This document shows positions 36,896-46,962 of a DNA stretch of 64,000 bases, piece after piece. Position 1 is the first letter of the stretch; the number at the start of each line of letters is the position of its first letter. The DNA is from Candidatus Hadarchaeota archaeon (GTDB lineage: Archaea > CAYQAE01 > CAYVLA01), in contig CAZUNO010000005.1 of assembly GCA_964621445.1 (NCBI GenBank), positions 106,922 through 170,921 on the forward strand, given 5' to 3'. Position numbers and translations under genes: made by a program. Below the pieces are notes generated by a model that was not told where the DNA came from, ran no database searches, and saw nothing but the letters and a program-made list of their open reading frames with translations.

Positions 36896-38138
36896 CCACA
36901 GGAGCGGCAAGGAAATTCTCCCATATTGGAAATCAACCGAATACCTGATTCGGACGGGAATTATAGCATTGGTCCTTTTTCTAGCTGTCGAGGCTGCATC
37001 TGCCGCCGATAGTCAGGCCGTTTCCAGAGATCTATCATCTCAACTGCAAAGATATGGCCCAGGCAACCCCGAATCTGACCAGAGGAAGACGGCTTTGTTG
37101 AACCTTCACGGGTTCTTCATGAACGACACCCTAGAGGTCCCCAGGGAGATCACCAAGGGGTTCATATCCACCGCTCTATCCGAGATAGCAGGTTCCTCCA
37201 CACCCACTCCTAGCGTGTGGTATATCTGGAATATGGGTTATGTGGTTAAGACCAGGAACTACATATTGGGATTTGATCTACCCGAGGTACTGCTACAACC
37301 TCTTAATGAAGAACAGATAGGATTACTCGCCCAAAGTGTGGATTTCTTTTTCGTCTCTCATATGGATAAACCGCACAGGGACCTGGACATCGTATCGGAG
37401 ATGAGATCCTCGTCCAGCGTGGTGTGTCCTCAGGAGGTGGTCGAGAGTTTTGACCTGGTGGCCGATCGGGAATGCGAGGTTATCGGCATGGAAGCTGGTG
37501 GAAAGCTGAACCTCCAAGGGGTCCAGATTAGTGCCTATCCCGGCGATGATGGGCGAGGAACCCCCATGCGCTGCTTCCTGGTTCAATGCGACGATCTACA
37601 GGTACTCCATCTTGGCGATCAGCATTATGTTGAGGATTGGATGCAGGGCTTGGCCCCCGACGTGCTGATGATAGGACCTCTTGAGGAGTTTTCCTGGGTC
37701 ACCCAGGCGATCGAGGCGGTTAAGGCTGACTACATCCTTCCGGGAGGATTTTACGATATGTCACATCCAAAAAACACCTGGGATGGTTACCCTTATGCCT
37801 ATGACCTCAGGAACTCCACCGATCTCGAAGTGATACCCCTCTTCTTTGGGGAGAGATTCAAGCCAGCCCGACCCAGTGGAGATGCACCATTCCCGTATTT
37901 AATTGGTTTCTTGGCGGTCATTTTGGTGGGTGGAATTGGTGGCCTCCTGATCTATCACAGATATCCCGGCGGTCAGCGGGAAGAGGGTAAGATGAAGAAA
38001 GAGGAGATGAAGAAAGAGGAAACGGCATCCTGCCAAAAGAGGTATGTTGAGAAGCTCTGCCTGACCTGCAAGCATTATTCGCTTAAGGGAGGCCGTCCAT
38101 TCTGCAGGAAGTATGGATTCTACCTCCAGGAGGACTAG
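36873..38138 (+). CDS. Secreted metallo-beta-lactamase-fold (UlaG-like) protein with degenerate metal motif, TM and Cys-rich tail
   Basis: NMGYVVKT..FD, VSHMDKPHRD in place of SHxHxDH, HLGD, TM, then C-x8-CxxC-x11-C. Confidence 0.7.
   Translation: MTSPSQINHRSGKEILPYWKSTEYLIRTGIIALVLFLAVEAASAADSQAVSRDLSSQLQRYGPGNPESDQRKTALLNLHGFFMNDTLEVPREITKGFISTALSEIAGSSTPTPSVWYIWNMGYVVKTRNYILGFDLPEVLLQPLNEEQIGLLAQSVDFFFVSHMDKPHRDLDIVSEMRSSSSVVCPQEVVESFDLVADRECEVIGMEAGGKLNLQGVQISAYPGDDGRGTPMRCFLVQCDDLQVLHLGDQHYVEDWMQGLAPDVLMIGPLEEFSWVTQAIEAVKADYILPGGFYDMSHPKNTWDGYPYAYDLRNSTDLEVIPLFFGERFKPARPSGDAPFPYLIGFLAVILVGGIGGLLIYHRYPGGQREEGKMKKEEMKKEETASCQKRYVEKLCLTCKHYSLKGGRPFCRKYGFYLQED
37991..38020 (+). repeat. 15-bp tandem duplication in the coding sequence (MKKEE x2)
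   Basis: gatgaagaaagagga occurs twice in tandem. Confidence 0.8.
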
Positions 38139-38154
38139 CGCTCTGGGAAGGGAA

Positions 38155-39192
38155 TCAAATCTCCTGGGCTGCCTGATTTAAAGCATTGTATATTGGGGCC
38201 ACCTTTTCGATCTCAAAGGGATCAAACTTGGCTGAAGATGCCGCATATATCCAGACGTGTCGGTAGGCCTCGAAGAGCCGCTCGAATATGGGAACGAAAT
38301 CGTCTGCCATCCTCCAGGGAGGATCGGGACCGGCGTAATCCCTCATCCAGCCATTTAACTCACCACAATCCCTATAGGGAGCCACGGTTCCGCCCAGCTG
38401 GAAGGCACCCTTGAATCTATCCATCAGGGGGCGGGCCATGGTTTCCTGTTTTGCGATTTTATCTTCCAACTCACCTATGGACTCAAAATAATATCCTATT
38501 GCCGTTTCTCCCCCGTCAATCACCACAACGTCCATATCGTCCTCCAGAATTTTTTCCAGGAATCCTGGATTAACGTAGTTTACGGTTCTGGTCAGCCCCT
38601 TGCCTTCAGGTGTCCGGTATTTTTCCCGGTAGGGATCGAAGAAGAGCTGCCAGATCTTTGCCGCTGGATATTCCTCTCCAGTGATAACAGCCATCTCCCG
38701 ACCCAGATCCCGTAGTGATGCCAGGACCGTCTCCAGGTCCTCGTTCCTCCTCTCGGCGACCCAGGCCGGGTTGTATGCATCTTTGTTGTTATATACCTCA
38801 AAATCCGCCACAATGCCAGGTGAGCCCATTTCCCTGGCCAGACGAAGTGCCAGTCTCCAGGTGGAAAGGAAATCGCTCCTAGTCCCCATCTGATCATCGA
38901 GGTCCGGACCTCTAATACCGGAGAAAAAGGGTCCTCCCTTTCCTCGTTTCTCCCCTCCCACCAACCTGTTGATAAATACCCAAGGCCAGATGTCGAGGTT
39001 GTCCTGGCCGATAACATCGATCGTGGATGCGTATTCGCTGTATTCGGGTATCTCTTCCGTGGAGTAGGCGGAAATGATCGCCGATGCTGCTCCATCAAAT
39101 GGAGTTTGCTCAATTTGGTGAACATCTTTCCTTTCCCAATCTGACAACAGAGGGTTTCTGAAACTCACCAATAGTAGATGCTCCGGTCGCAA
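38155..39192 (-). CDS. Hypothetical protein (probable TIM barrel)
   Basis: 345-aa ORF; PFDG, GIVADFEVY, IDGGE, VWIY. Confidence 0.6.
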   Translation of the reverse strand: MRPEHLLLVSFRNPLLSDWERKDVHQIEQTPFDGAASAIISAYSTEEIPEYSEYASTIDVIGQDNLDIWPWVFINRLVGGEKRGKGGPFFSGIRGPDLDDQMGTRSDFLSTWRLALRLAREMGSPGIVADFEVYNNKDAYNPAWVAERRNEDLETVLASLRDLGREMAVITGEEYPAAKIWQLFFDPYREKYRTPEGKGLTRTVNYVNPGFLEKILEDDMDVVVIDGGETAIGYYFESIGELEDKIAKQETMARPLMDRFKGAFQLGGTVAPYRDCGELNGWMRDYAGPDPPWRMADDFVPIFERLFEAYRHVWIYAASSAKFDPFEIEKVAPIYNALNQAAQEI

Positions 39193-39274
39193 GGTTTTAC
39201 CCTCCGGAATTGTGGTTTTCTATCTCTAATCTATTATCCCTGACGCGATGATCAAAAATCGGAAGTTTTCGCCT

Positions 39275-40033
39275 TCATAGCCTTTCCTTTACCTTTTCCA
39301 AAGCGGAGAGGGCACTCCTTTCCATGAAAGATGCATCGTTATCGATTGCGCAGAACCTGAAACCTCTTCCTAGCGCATCGCATATGGTATCGTTAGTGCA
39401 GTGCATTCCGGGGGCTATCCCGTTGCTCTCACAAACCTCAACCACACGGTCCAGAGTGCCCTGGAATTCGTCATCTTCCCATGGAGGAGGGGTGCCAAAC
39501 CCCAGGTTCACGGATAGGTCCCAGGGGCCGATAAAACAGGCATCGATTCCGGGGACTGAGGCAATGGAATCGAGGTTCTTCAGTCCATATCGCGTCTCGA
39601 TCATGACCACCACCATTATCTCCTGGTTCGCGGTTTGGACGTAATCAGGGTCACGTAGTCTCGCCCTTCTTGGGCCGACTCCCCTTATGCCCTCCGGCGG
39701 GTACCGACAGGCCTTGACCGCTTCCTCTGCCTCACTTCTCGATGATATCATGGGCACGATTATGCCATATGACCCAATATCCAGGATGCGTTTGATTAGC
39801 ACCGGATCATTCCACCTCAGCCTTACTAGAGGCACGCATTCCGCTGAATATGACATGGCCTGCATCATGGTTTGAACCGTTTCAAGACTCATCGGGCTGT
39901 GCTCTATATCAAATGTCAACCAGTCAAACCCTAGATCGGCCAGCCTTTCAGATACATCTGGATGACCGATTCCAACCCAGGTACCCAGGGAGACCTTCCC
40001 AGAATTCAGCTTGGCCTTAACCGGGTTCCTCAT
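39275..40033 (-). CDS. HpcH/HpaI class II aldolase
   Basis: GFDW..DIEH, IKRILDIG, YPPEGIRG, MIET, FIGPWDLS. Confidence 0.93.
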   Translation of the reverse strand: MRNPVKAKLNSGKVSLGTWVGIGHPDVSERLADLGFDWLTFDIEHSPMSLETVQTMMQAMSYSAECVPLVRLRWNDPVLIKRILDIGSYGIIVPMISSRSEAEEAVKACRYPPEGIRGVGPRRARLRDPDYVQTANQEIMVVVMIETRYGLKNLDSIASVPGIDACFIGPWDLSVNLGFGTPPPWEDDEFQGTLDRVVEVCESNGIAPGMHCTNDTICDALGRGFRFCAIDNDASFMERSALSALEKVKERL

Positions 40034-40076
40034 AGCAGGTGATAATTTGGAGCGGTCTTTTCAAGCTTTCCCTATC

Positions 40077-41330
40077 TCAGTAATCGGTTCTCTGACTTTC
40101 GCTTCTGGTTACTCCGGCCTCTCGGTACAACTTCCGCCTGATCATCAGGGCCCAGATAACTCCACCGGTTATGAGAGAGGTGGCTGCTACCGCAAGCCAC
40201 TCGGCAACATAGACCCAGAGCAAAGCCTGGTCCTTCAGCTTCATGGCATCCTCGGCGAGCATATTTAGCTGCTGGATCACTGACTCCATCTGGGAATATG
40301 CCTGGTCAAACTCCGTTCTCATGTAGAGGTCGTCGGCCAGATCCTTTTCATCGTCCAACTCCTCCAACTTCTCGTATATATCTGCCGTGTTGGCCCCGAA
40401 TTTCTCGGCGAAGTCAAAAACCGATATCACCGCTGACTTTTCCTGTTGATAATAAACAAGCCGGTCCCTCAAAACATGAACTTTCATTCCATCGTCGGGA
40501 AGCTTTCTATGGTCCCCTCTCCATATGACGTTGGTGATGATGTCTATGGCGAAGGGGTTCTCATTCGTTCGCCAGAAATCATCATAGACCATGTCCATGA
40601 AGGTAAAGGTGATAGCTTCACCGTACTCCCACTCAAATATATGGGGCGTGAAACCCGGTCGGGGGGACCCGATTTCCTTTAATCCACTCCTGATCCAGGT
40701 GTGAACCTTGGACCCGGGCTTAGGAATCGTGGGAAGCCCACCATAGCTCGGAAATAGCTTTTCCAGCTGTTCCTCGAAGGGCCATGCGACCGGAGGTAAG
40801 CTCTGATCGTCCTCAACTACCAGGGGGCCACTGGGCCAGAAGGCCTGTTTTCCATAGACATCACACCTGGTGACCGCATATGCGTCATTGGGGAAGGCCT
40901 CGGAGAGAATGCTATCTGCCCAGGGCCCTGACCACCATGGTTGCATGCTCATAACGGATCGAGTATTCACCCCTCCAAGACCGTGCTCCTCCATTGCCTC
41001 GTACATCCATTCGGCCTTCTGATCGCTAATGAACTTCATATCGACCTGTGCCAGAAATAGAAAATCAAAGGTCAGAAGGCTATCAAAGGTCCTAGGAAAA
41101 TAGACCCTCATAAGGCGCCTCACGTCACTGGGGGTCACGTCCCCGGAAGCTCGGGTAGGGACTATTAGGCCGTCGATGGAAGGCTCAATAAGAATCCAAT
41201 TCTTAACATGGGGCATACCAGCGGCCTTCCCTGTCCCGATGATTTGAACCGGTTCCATGGGCTCCTGACCAGCACAAATAGGAAATAGTACCAGTATTAT
41301 GACCGCTAGAACCTGCTTTTTATGCAACAT
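40077..41330 (-). CDS. Membrane-anchored secreted protein, paralogue of 34771-36075
   Basis: Shared MRVY.PRT and C-terminal KD.A..W..V.EWL.V..TS..IW.LM.RR.LY.E.G.TR. Confidence 0.7.
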   Translation of the reverse strand: MLHKKQVLAVIILVLFPICAGQEPMEPVQIIGTGKAAGMPHVKNWILIEPSIDGLIVPTRASGDVTPSDVRRLMRVYFPRTFDSLLTFDFLFLAQVDMKFISDQKAEWMYEAMEEHGLGGVNTRSVMSMQPWWSGPWADSILSEAFPNDAYAVTRCDVYGKQAFWPSGPLVVEDDQSLPPVAWPFEEQLEKLFPSYGGLPTIPKPGSKVHTWIRSGLKEIGSPRPGFTPHIFEWEYGEAITFTFMDMVYDDFWRTNENPFAIDIITNVIWRGDHRKLPDDGMKVHVLRDRLVYYQQEKSAVISVFDFAEKFGANTADIYEKLEELDDEKDLADDLYMRTEFDQAYSQMESVIQQLNMLAEDAMKLKDQALLWVYVAEWLAVAATSLITGGVIWALMIRRKLYREAGVTRSESQRTDY

Positions 41331-41433
41331 ATCGCCTCCTAATTGAGACTTAATATTTCTTGTGTCCTTATCCCTTACCTAGGGATCGGGGTTCAGGCGC
41401 TTACCGATTTGAGGGATAGCCAGGTAGACATTT

Positions 41434-42471
41434 ATGTCTGGATGGAATTCTGAGAAGAGATCGATCGGAGGAGATTCGAAGTTGTTAGAGGTCGGAGTAG
41501 TTGGAATGGGTGGAATCGGCAACACACATGCCGATGTCTACGCTGAAAACGAATCGGTAAATCTTACCGCAGTGTGTGACTTGGTCAAGGATAAGGCAGA
41601 TTCTGCTGCCTCCCGATTAGGGGTGACGGCATATTACGATCTGTCGGATATGCTGAACAAGGAGAGTCTCGATATTGTTAGCGTGACAACTGCGGGAGTG
41701 GAGAACGGTTCACATCATTATGAGCCGGTTATGGATGCCCTGAGATCGGAGGTACATGTACTTTGCGAGAAGCCGCTGTCAAATGATCTGGAGAATGCAA
41801 GGGAAATGGTGCAGGAAGCCCGGAGCAGGGGTCTTTACCTGGGCACAAACCTTAATCACCGCTTCGTTCCCGCAGCGAGAAGGGCCAAGAAGTATGTGGA
41901 GGATGGAGAATTGGGGGACCTGCTGTTCATCAACATGGCGCTGTGGATAGATAATCCCAATGACACCACTCCTTTCTTCCACCTCAGGGCCCTCCATCCG
42001 CATTCCGTCGATGTAATGAGGTATTTCTGTGGAGATGTGAAGAAGGTCCAGGCCTTCTTAACCAAGCCCTCCGAGAGGAAGAACTGGTCCAATGCCCAGA
42101 TTAACATGCAATTCGCCAACGGCTGTATTGGACACCTCACCGGGAGCTATGACATGTCCGGAAACCATCCCATAGAGAGATGTGAAGTGGCAGGCACCGG
42201 CGGTAGATTCATCATTGAGAACGTCTTCGAGAGACTGATATTCATGCCCAGGCGGCGACCGGAGAGGATCGTTTACCCGAACAACATCTTTGGTGGAATA
42301 GGGGGCTTCCGGGACACCTTCAAGAACAGAATAGACCGCTTCGTTGAGCAGGTAGAGAGTGGAGCTGACCCTGAGGATATCGAAGCCTCTGGAGCGGATG
42401 GACTGGCGGCGCAGACGATAATCGAAGGTGCCATACGTTCATTCCAGGAAGAAACAATCGTAAGTATCTAG
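41434..42471 (+). CDS. Gfo/Idh/MocA oxidoreductase
   Basis: GVVGMGGIG, HVLCEKP, NHRF, HSVD. Confidence 0.92.
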   Translation: MSGWNSEKRSIGGDSKLLEVGVVGMGGIGNTHADVYAENESVNLTAVCDLVKDKADSAASRLGVTAYYDLSDMLNKESLDIVSVTTAGVENGSHHYEPVMDALRSEVHVLCEKPLSNDLENAREMVQEARSRGLYLGTNLNHRFVPAARRAKKYVEDGELGDLLFINMALWIDNPNDTTPFFHLRALHPHSVDVMRYFCGDVKKVQAFLTKPSERKNWSNAQINMQFANGCIGHLTGSYDMSGNHPIERCEVAGTGGRFIIENVFERLIFMPRRRPERIVYPNNIFGGIGGFRDTFKNRIDRFVEQVESGADPEDIEASGADGLAAQTIIEGAIRSFQEETIVSI

Positions 42472-42477
42472 AGGGTT

Positions 42478-43341
42478 TTGGCCTTGAAGGATTGCAGGAT
42501 CGCCGCGGTACAGATGAATGCCCCTCTTGGCAAGATAGAGGATAACCTGTCATCCATTGAGACCTGGGCAAGAAAGGCTCAGGAGCAAGATGTAGACTTA
42601 GTGGTCTTTCCCGAGCTATCAATCACAGGACACTGGTGTAGCGAGGACTCCTGGAAGGCATCCCAGCCTTTACCGGATGGAGATGCCTCAATGCGGATCG
42701 CGGATCTGGCCCAGGAACTGGATATCTACATATCAGTGGGAATCGGCGAGCGCGAAAAGGGAGTACAATACAATACCCAGGCCCTATTTGGTCCCCAGGG
42801 CTATTTAGGTAAACAGAGGAAGCTCCATATGTCCCGGGACGAATACTTCTACTACAGGACCGGCACCAAGATGCCCGTCCTGGAAACCGAGAAATGCCGG
42901 CTGGGAACCGTGATATGTTATGACAACGTGTTTCCCGAGGTTCCCAGGATCCTGGCAATAAAGGGGGCAGAGGTCATTCTCGCTCCGCATGCCTCCAGGT
43001 TTGGCAGATGGGACCAGATGAAACCCCAGCAAAGGGTTGCAGATCAAAAGGCATATTTCCGAAAGGCCTACACCTCCCGGGCCTTGGACAATGGGGTCTT
43101 CTATGTTGTGGTCAACCAGGCCGGAAAAGCAGGCAAGGATACCAACCACGCCGGTGGAATAATGATAATTGACCCCCAGGGAGAGGTTATCGAGGAATCC
43201 AAGACGGACAAGATCGAACCCGAGATGGTTACCGTCGAATTGAAGGCGAGTGTATTTGAGAAAAGACGATGTAGCCGATGCTTTAACCTCTCAATCCGGA
43301 GGCCTGAAATATACGGATGGTTGACTAAGAGCACGGATTGA
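42478..43341 (+). CDS. Nitrilase/carbon-nitrogen hydrolase
   Basis: Catalytic triad FPE, QRKLH, ICYD. Confidence 0.92.
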   Translation: MALKDCRIAAVQMNAPLGKIEDNLSSIETWARKAQEQDVDLVVFPELSITGHWCSEDSWKASQPLPDGDASMRIADLAQELDIYISVGIGEREKGVQYNTQALFGPQGYLGKQRKLHMSRDEYFYYRTGTKMPVLETEKCRLGTVICYDNVFPEVPRILAIKGAEVILAPHASRFGRWDQMKPQQRVADQKAYFRKAYTSRALDNGVFYVVVNQAGKAGKDTNHAGGIMIIDPQGEVIEESKTDKIEPEMVTVELKASVFEKRRCSRCFNLSIRRPEIYGWLTKSTD

Positions 43342-43353
43342 GGAGATTCCCAT

Positions 43354-44088
43354 CTAGGCCGGGAAGAGTATCACCGATAAAATGCCGGTGATGAATATGC
43401 CGTCAAATGTCCCGGCTCCGCCAATGCTGACCATTGGGGCTCCAAGTGACCGTATTCTTCCGAGATTCATGAGGTCGGCGCCCGCGAGAACCCCTATTAC
43501 CCCGGAGACATAGGCTATGGCCGCTGCATCCGCAAGTGGGAGTCCGATCAATTGGGTTGAGAGATAGGCCGATACCGCAGCCAGGATGGGTGGAATCAAT
43601 ACCGGAATCGAAATACCCATCCCGGGAATCGGTCTAGCAAGTTTGTTGCAGAGGAAGGCAACGAAAAAGGTGGCTCCAAAAAAACCAAGAATGGCCTCCG
43701 GAACCTTGAATACAAGGTAGAGACTTAGCAGGACGGGAACCACGCACCCGCCCAGATTCACCGCGATTTTCGTCTCCTGAATGACCTTCTCAACCGAGGG
43801 AACGGGGTATAGCATCCCCAAGATACCCGGTTTGAAGCGGACCTGTTCCACCTCGGATGTCACGGTGGTTAGAGGGATATTGACCATACTTCCCCCCAGA
43901 GACAGTAACAAAACGAGCATCACCCAGTGTGGCGGCAGCCCTAACTGCCTGAATGCGCCCCCGGCAGCCGTTAAAAGCAGGATGAAGAAAAGGAATAGTG
44001 AAATGAAGAAGAGTATAATCATATAGGGAGCTACAACTGGCGGTTTCGCCATGGAAGGAAGCCGCAATTGATCTACATCCACCGTCAA
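43354..44088 (-). CDS. DUF1614-family membrane protein
   Basis: GSMVNIP, AVNLGG, GADL, SIGGAGTFDGIF. Confidence 0.9.
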   Translation of the reverse strand: MTVDVDQLRLPSMAKPPVVAPYMIILFFISLFLFFILLLTAAGGAFRQLGLPPHWVMLVLLLSLGGSMVNIPLTTVTSEVEQVRFKPGILGMLYPVPSVEKVIQETKIAVNLGGCVVPVLLSLYLVFKVPEAILGFFGATFFVAFLCNKLARPIPGMGISIPVLIPPILAAVSAYLSTQLIGLPLADAAAIAYVSGVIGVLAGADLMNLGRIRSLGAPMVSIGGAGTFDGIFITGILSVILFPA

Positions 44089-44210
44089 CCCACCATTTTC
44101 CCTTTCATAGATGTTACCAAAAATTCAGGGAAATCCCATGAGACCCATGAAATCGATAAGATTTCGATAACCTTTTTCATCATGCATATTGAGTTCTTAA
44201 CGGTGATTAC

Positions 44211-45233
44211 TTGAAAGCTGCAGTACTTCACGGGGTCGGCGACATCAGATACCAAGAGGTACCAAAACCGGAAATAGCGGAGAACGAGGTACTCCTGGAA
44301 GTTAAAGCCTGCGGGGTTTGTGGAACCGACATCCATTTTCTCCACGGCGAATGGACCGTTGACATGCCGTTGATACCGGGCCATGAATTTTCAGGAGAAA
44401 TCGTCGAAACTGGAGATCAGGTAACCACCATCTCAACCGGAGCCCGGGTATCCGTCGACCCCAATGTCGTTTGTGGGGTTTGTAAGAACTGCCGGAGGAC
44501 GGAGAGAAATTATCTATGTTCAAATATCAGCGCCATCGGCGTTGACGTAAACGGGGCATTCGCGGAATACGTAAAGGCCCCCGAGGAGGTGGTATATCGA
44601 ATCCCGGACCATGTCGACTTCCAGGTCGGGGCCATGAGCGAGCCGGTTGGATGTGCAATACGGGGATTTGATAACACCAAGACCACTCTGGGGGATACCG
44701 TTGTCATAATTGGGGCTGGGCCCATGGGGCTAATTCTGGAGCAGTTAGCTCTCATGCAGGGAGCGGCCAAGGTGATCATTATCGAAATAGTGGAAGGGAG
44801 AAGAAAGATGGCCGAGGAGCTCGGTGCCACACGTACCATAAACCCAAAGGAAGAAGATGTCTCCAAGGTCGTCTTTGAGGAAACGGCAGGGAACGGTCCA
44901 GAAGTCGTTTTCGAGGCGGTCGGTTCCTCCCAGACCATTGAAATGGCTTTGGACATCGTAGGACGGGGAGGAAGGGTGAATATCTTCGGAGTTGCCCCCG
45001 AATCCGATGTCATAAATGTCAAACCCTTCATGCTCTATGAAAAGGAACTTGAGGTCTCCGCATCCTACAGGGATCCCTTCACCTTTGACAGGGCGATCCA
45101 GTTGCTTGCCAATGGGAGACTGGACGTGAAGTCATTGATAACCCACAGGTTTCCGTTGGACAGGATCGAGGAAGCCTTTCATACATTCCAGGAAAATAAA
45201 GAGGAAGCCGTGAAGTTGATGGTCATACCGTAA
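44211..45233 (+). CDS. Zinc-dependent alcohol/polyol dehydrogenase (MDR)
   Basis: CGTD, GHE, CGVCKNC..C, GAGPMG, ITHRFPL. Confidence 0.93.
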   Translation: MKAAVLHGVGDIRYQEVPKPEIAENEVLLEVKACGVCGTDIHFLHGEWTVDMPLIPGHEFSGEIVETGDQVTTISTGARVSVDPNVVCGVCKNCRRTERNYLCSNISAIGVDVNGAFAEYVKAPEEVVYRIPDHVDFQVGAMSEPVGCAIRGFDNTKTTLGDTVVIIGAGPMGLILEQLALMQGAAKVIIIEIVEGRRKMAEELGATRTINPKEEDVSKVVFEETAGNGPEVVFEAVGSSQTIEMALDIVGRGGRVNIFGVAPESDVINVKPFMLYEKELEVSASYRDPFTFDRAIQLLANGRLDVKSLITHRFPLDRIEEAFHTFQENKEEAVKLMVIP

Positions 45234-45325
45234 ACATCACAGGTCACAAGGACGATATGGATGTGAATACCATAAAATAATGGAAAAAGGTTTATTGCGG
45301 AGCATCATGCAGCAGAGAGCCAACG

Positions 45326-46273
45326 ATGTTTTTAGAATTGCTCATCATGGGCAGTGCCATATATCTGGGCTTTAACATCGGAGCGAACGATACCGCAAAC
45401 ACTATGGGAGCGTGTGTCGGGGGAGGTGCACTTGGGCTCAGAAAGGCAATAACCCTGGCCGCCATGTTCGTTTTCATTGGCGGTATCTTAGGGACGGAGG
45501 TAACTGAGACCATAGCCGTGGGAATAATGCCCCCCGCCGACCTGTCCCAGATCCTAGTAATGGTCTCTCTTTTTGCCTCCGGAAGCTTCGTTGCTCTGGC
45601 AACCATCCGCGGGTTACCGGTGTCAACATCACACGCTCTTGTAATGAGCCTAGTTGGGGTAGGTCTGGGAATGGGCAGCGAGCTAAATCTAAGTCAGTTG
45701 CTCAAGCTGGCCTCGGCATGGGTGATCTTTCCACTGGCAACCATTCCCCTCGCTTTCATGGTAATTAGACTCATCAAACCCTTGCTTTCCCGAATAGAAT
45801 CTCTGGTGGAGTTGGAGATCACTCTCAAATACCTCCTGATATTCAGTAGCATCTACGCCTCCTTCGCTCTTGGGGCCAGCCATGCAGGTTTGGTGGGAGG
45901 AATGCTTGAGGCATCCGGTCTCGCTGATCGGACGTTGGCCACTCTGGTTGGGTCCTTATCCATATCGTTGGGAGTGCTTCTGCTCAGTAAAAGGGTGATA
46001 CAAACGGTTGGTCAAGGAGTGACGGCTCTTAGTCCAGTTCCCGCATTTGCCATGCAGCTTTCGATGGCAATCGGTCTTACCATATGTTCTCTCCTTGGAT
46101 ATCCGGTTTCCAGCTCACAAGGGATAGTATCCGCGGCGGTTGGCGTCGGGCTGGCACAGGGCCAATCCAGGGTAAATAGGCGAAAGATCACCCAGATAAT
46201 ACTAGCGTGGGCATTAGTCCCCTCAGGGGCTCTAATCGTCACCTTTTCGCTGGTCAGGGTCTTTCTGACGTGA
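45326..46273 (+). CDS. PiT-family inorganic phosphate transporter
   Basis: GANDTAN, GLPVSTSH, GYPVSSSQ. Confidence 0.9.
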   Translation: MFLELLIMGSAIYLGFNIGANDTANTMGACVGGGALGLRKAITLAAMFVFIGGILGTEVTETIAVGIMPPADLSQILVMVSLFASGSFVALATIRGLPVSTSHALVMSLVGVGLGMGSELNLSQLLKLASAWVIFPLATIPLAFMVIRLIKPLLSRIESLVELEITLKYLLIFSSIYASFALGASHAGLVGGMLEASGLADRTLATLVGSLSISLGVLLLSKRVIQTVGQGVTALSPVPAFAMQLSMAIGLTICSLLGYPVSSSQGIVSAAVGVGLAQGQSRVNRRKITQIILAWALVPSGALIVTFSLVRVFLT

Positions 46274-46962
46274 AGAAAATCCAAAAGATTCTTCTTATTC
46301 AACCCCCAAGTTCCAGATGTGATCTTTTGGTTGGCGGTAAAGAAAAGGAGGCCATGAACGAGATCAGAGGCCACATGGAATTGGTGACAAAATGCTGCAG
46401 GAACCTTCCAAAGGCCTATGATCTGTATATCGAGGGTAGTGAGGAAGACTTCGAACGAAAGGCGCGTGAAATGCGTGAAATTGAGAAAGAGGCGGATGAA
46501 GCCAGGAGACAAGTAGAGTTGACCATTCATTCCGGCGCATTCATGCCCATCTACAGGGAGGACTACCTGAGTCTCGCCGAACTTATCGACAAGGTCGCCG
46601 ACGATTGTGTCTCGGTGACAAACCTGATGCTTCTTGCAGGGTTCAAGATACCCGAGAAATCCCAGGAAGATATCTCACACATCATAGACAGGACCGTCGA
46701 ATCGGTAGAAACTCTAGACAGCTGCATTGGACTCTGTATAGATGACCGTCAGAAGGCCCACAAGACGGCTAGCAAGGTGGAGGAAATAGAGGAATCTATT
46801 GATGATGAGGAATTTAGAGTTCGATCCACCTTATACCGAATGTCCATTGACGGTTACCAGAAAATCCTTTTGAATGACTTGGTGGATAAGATCGGAAATA
46901 TCTCCGATGCAGCCGAAGATGCAAGTGACAGGATTGTCATCATGATAACTAAGAGGGACTAA
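46270..46962 (+). CDS. DUF47 (PhoU-like) phosphate transport regulator
   Basis: EKEAD..R, FMP..RED..L...D..AD, ISD.AED; GTGA coupling to the PiT gene. Confidence 0.9.
   Translation: MKKIQKILLIQPPSSRCDLLVGGKEKEAMNEIRGHMELVTKCCRNLPKAYDLYIEGSEEDFERKAREMREIEKEADEARRQVELTIHSGAFMPIYREDYLSLAELIDKVADDCVSVTNLMLLAGFKIPEKSQEDISHIIDRTVESVETLDSCIGLCIDDRQKAHKTASKVEEIEESIDDEEFRVRSTLYRMSIDGYQKILLNDLVDKIGNISDAAEDASDRIVIMITKRD

Noticed and set aside
44126-44170. Short repeats CCCATGA x2, TCGATAA x2 and palindrome GAAATC-n5-GATTTC between divergent genes
   Set aside because: Too short to separate from chance, and no regulator is adjacent
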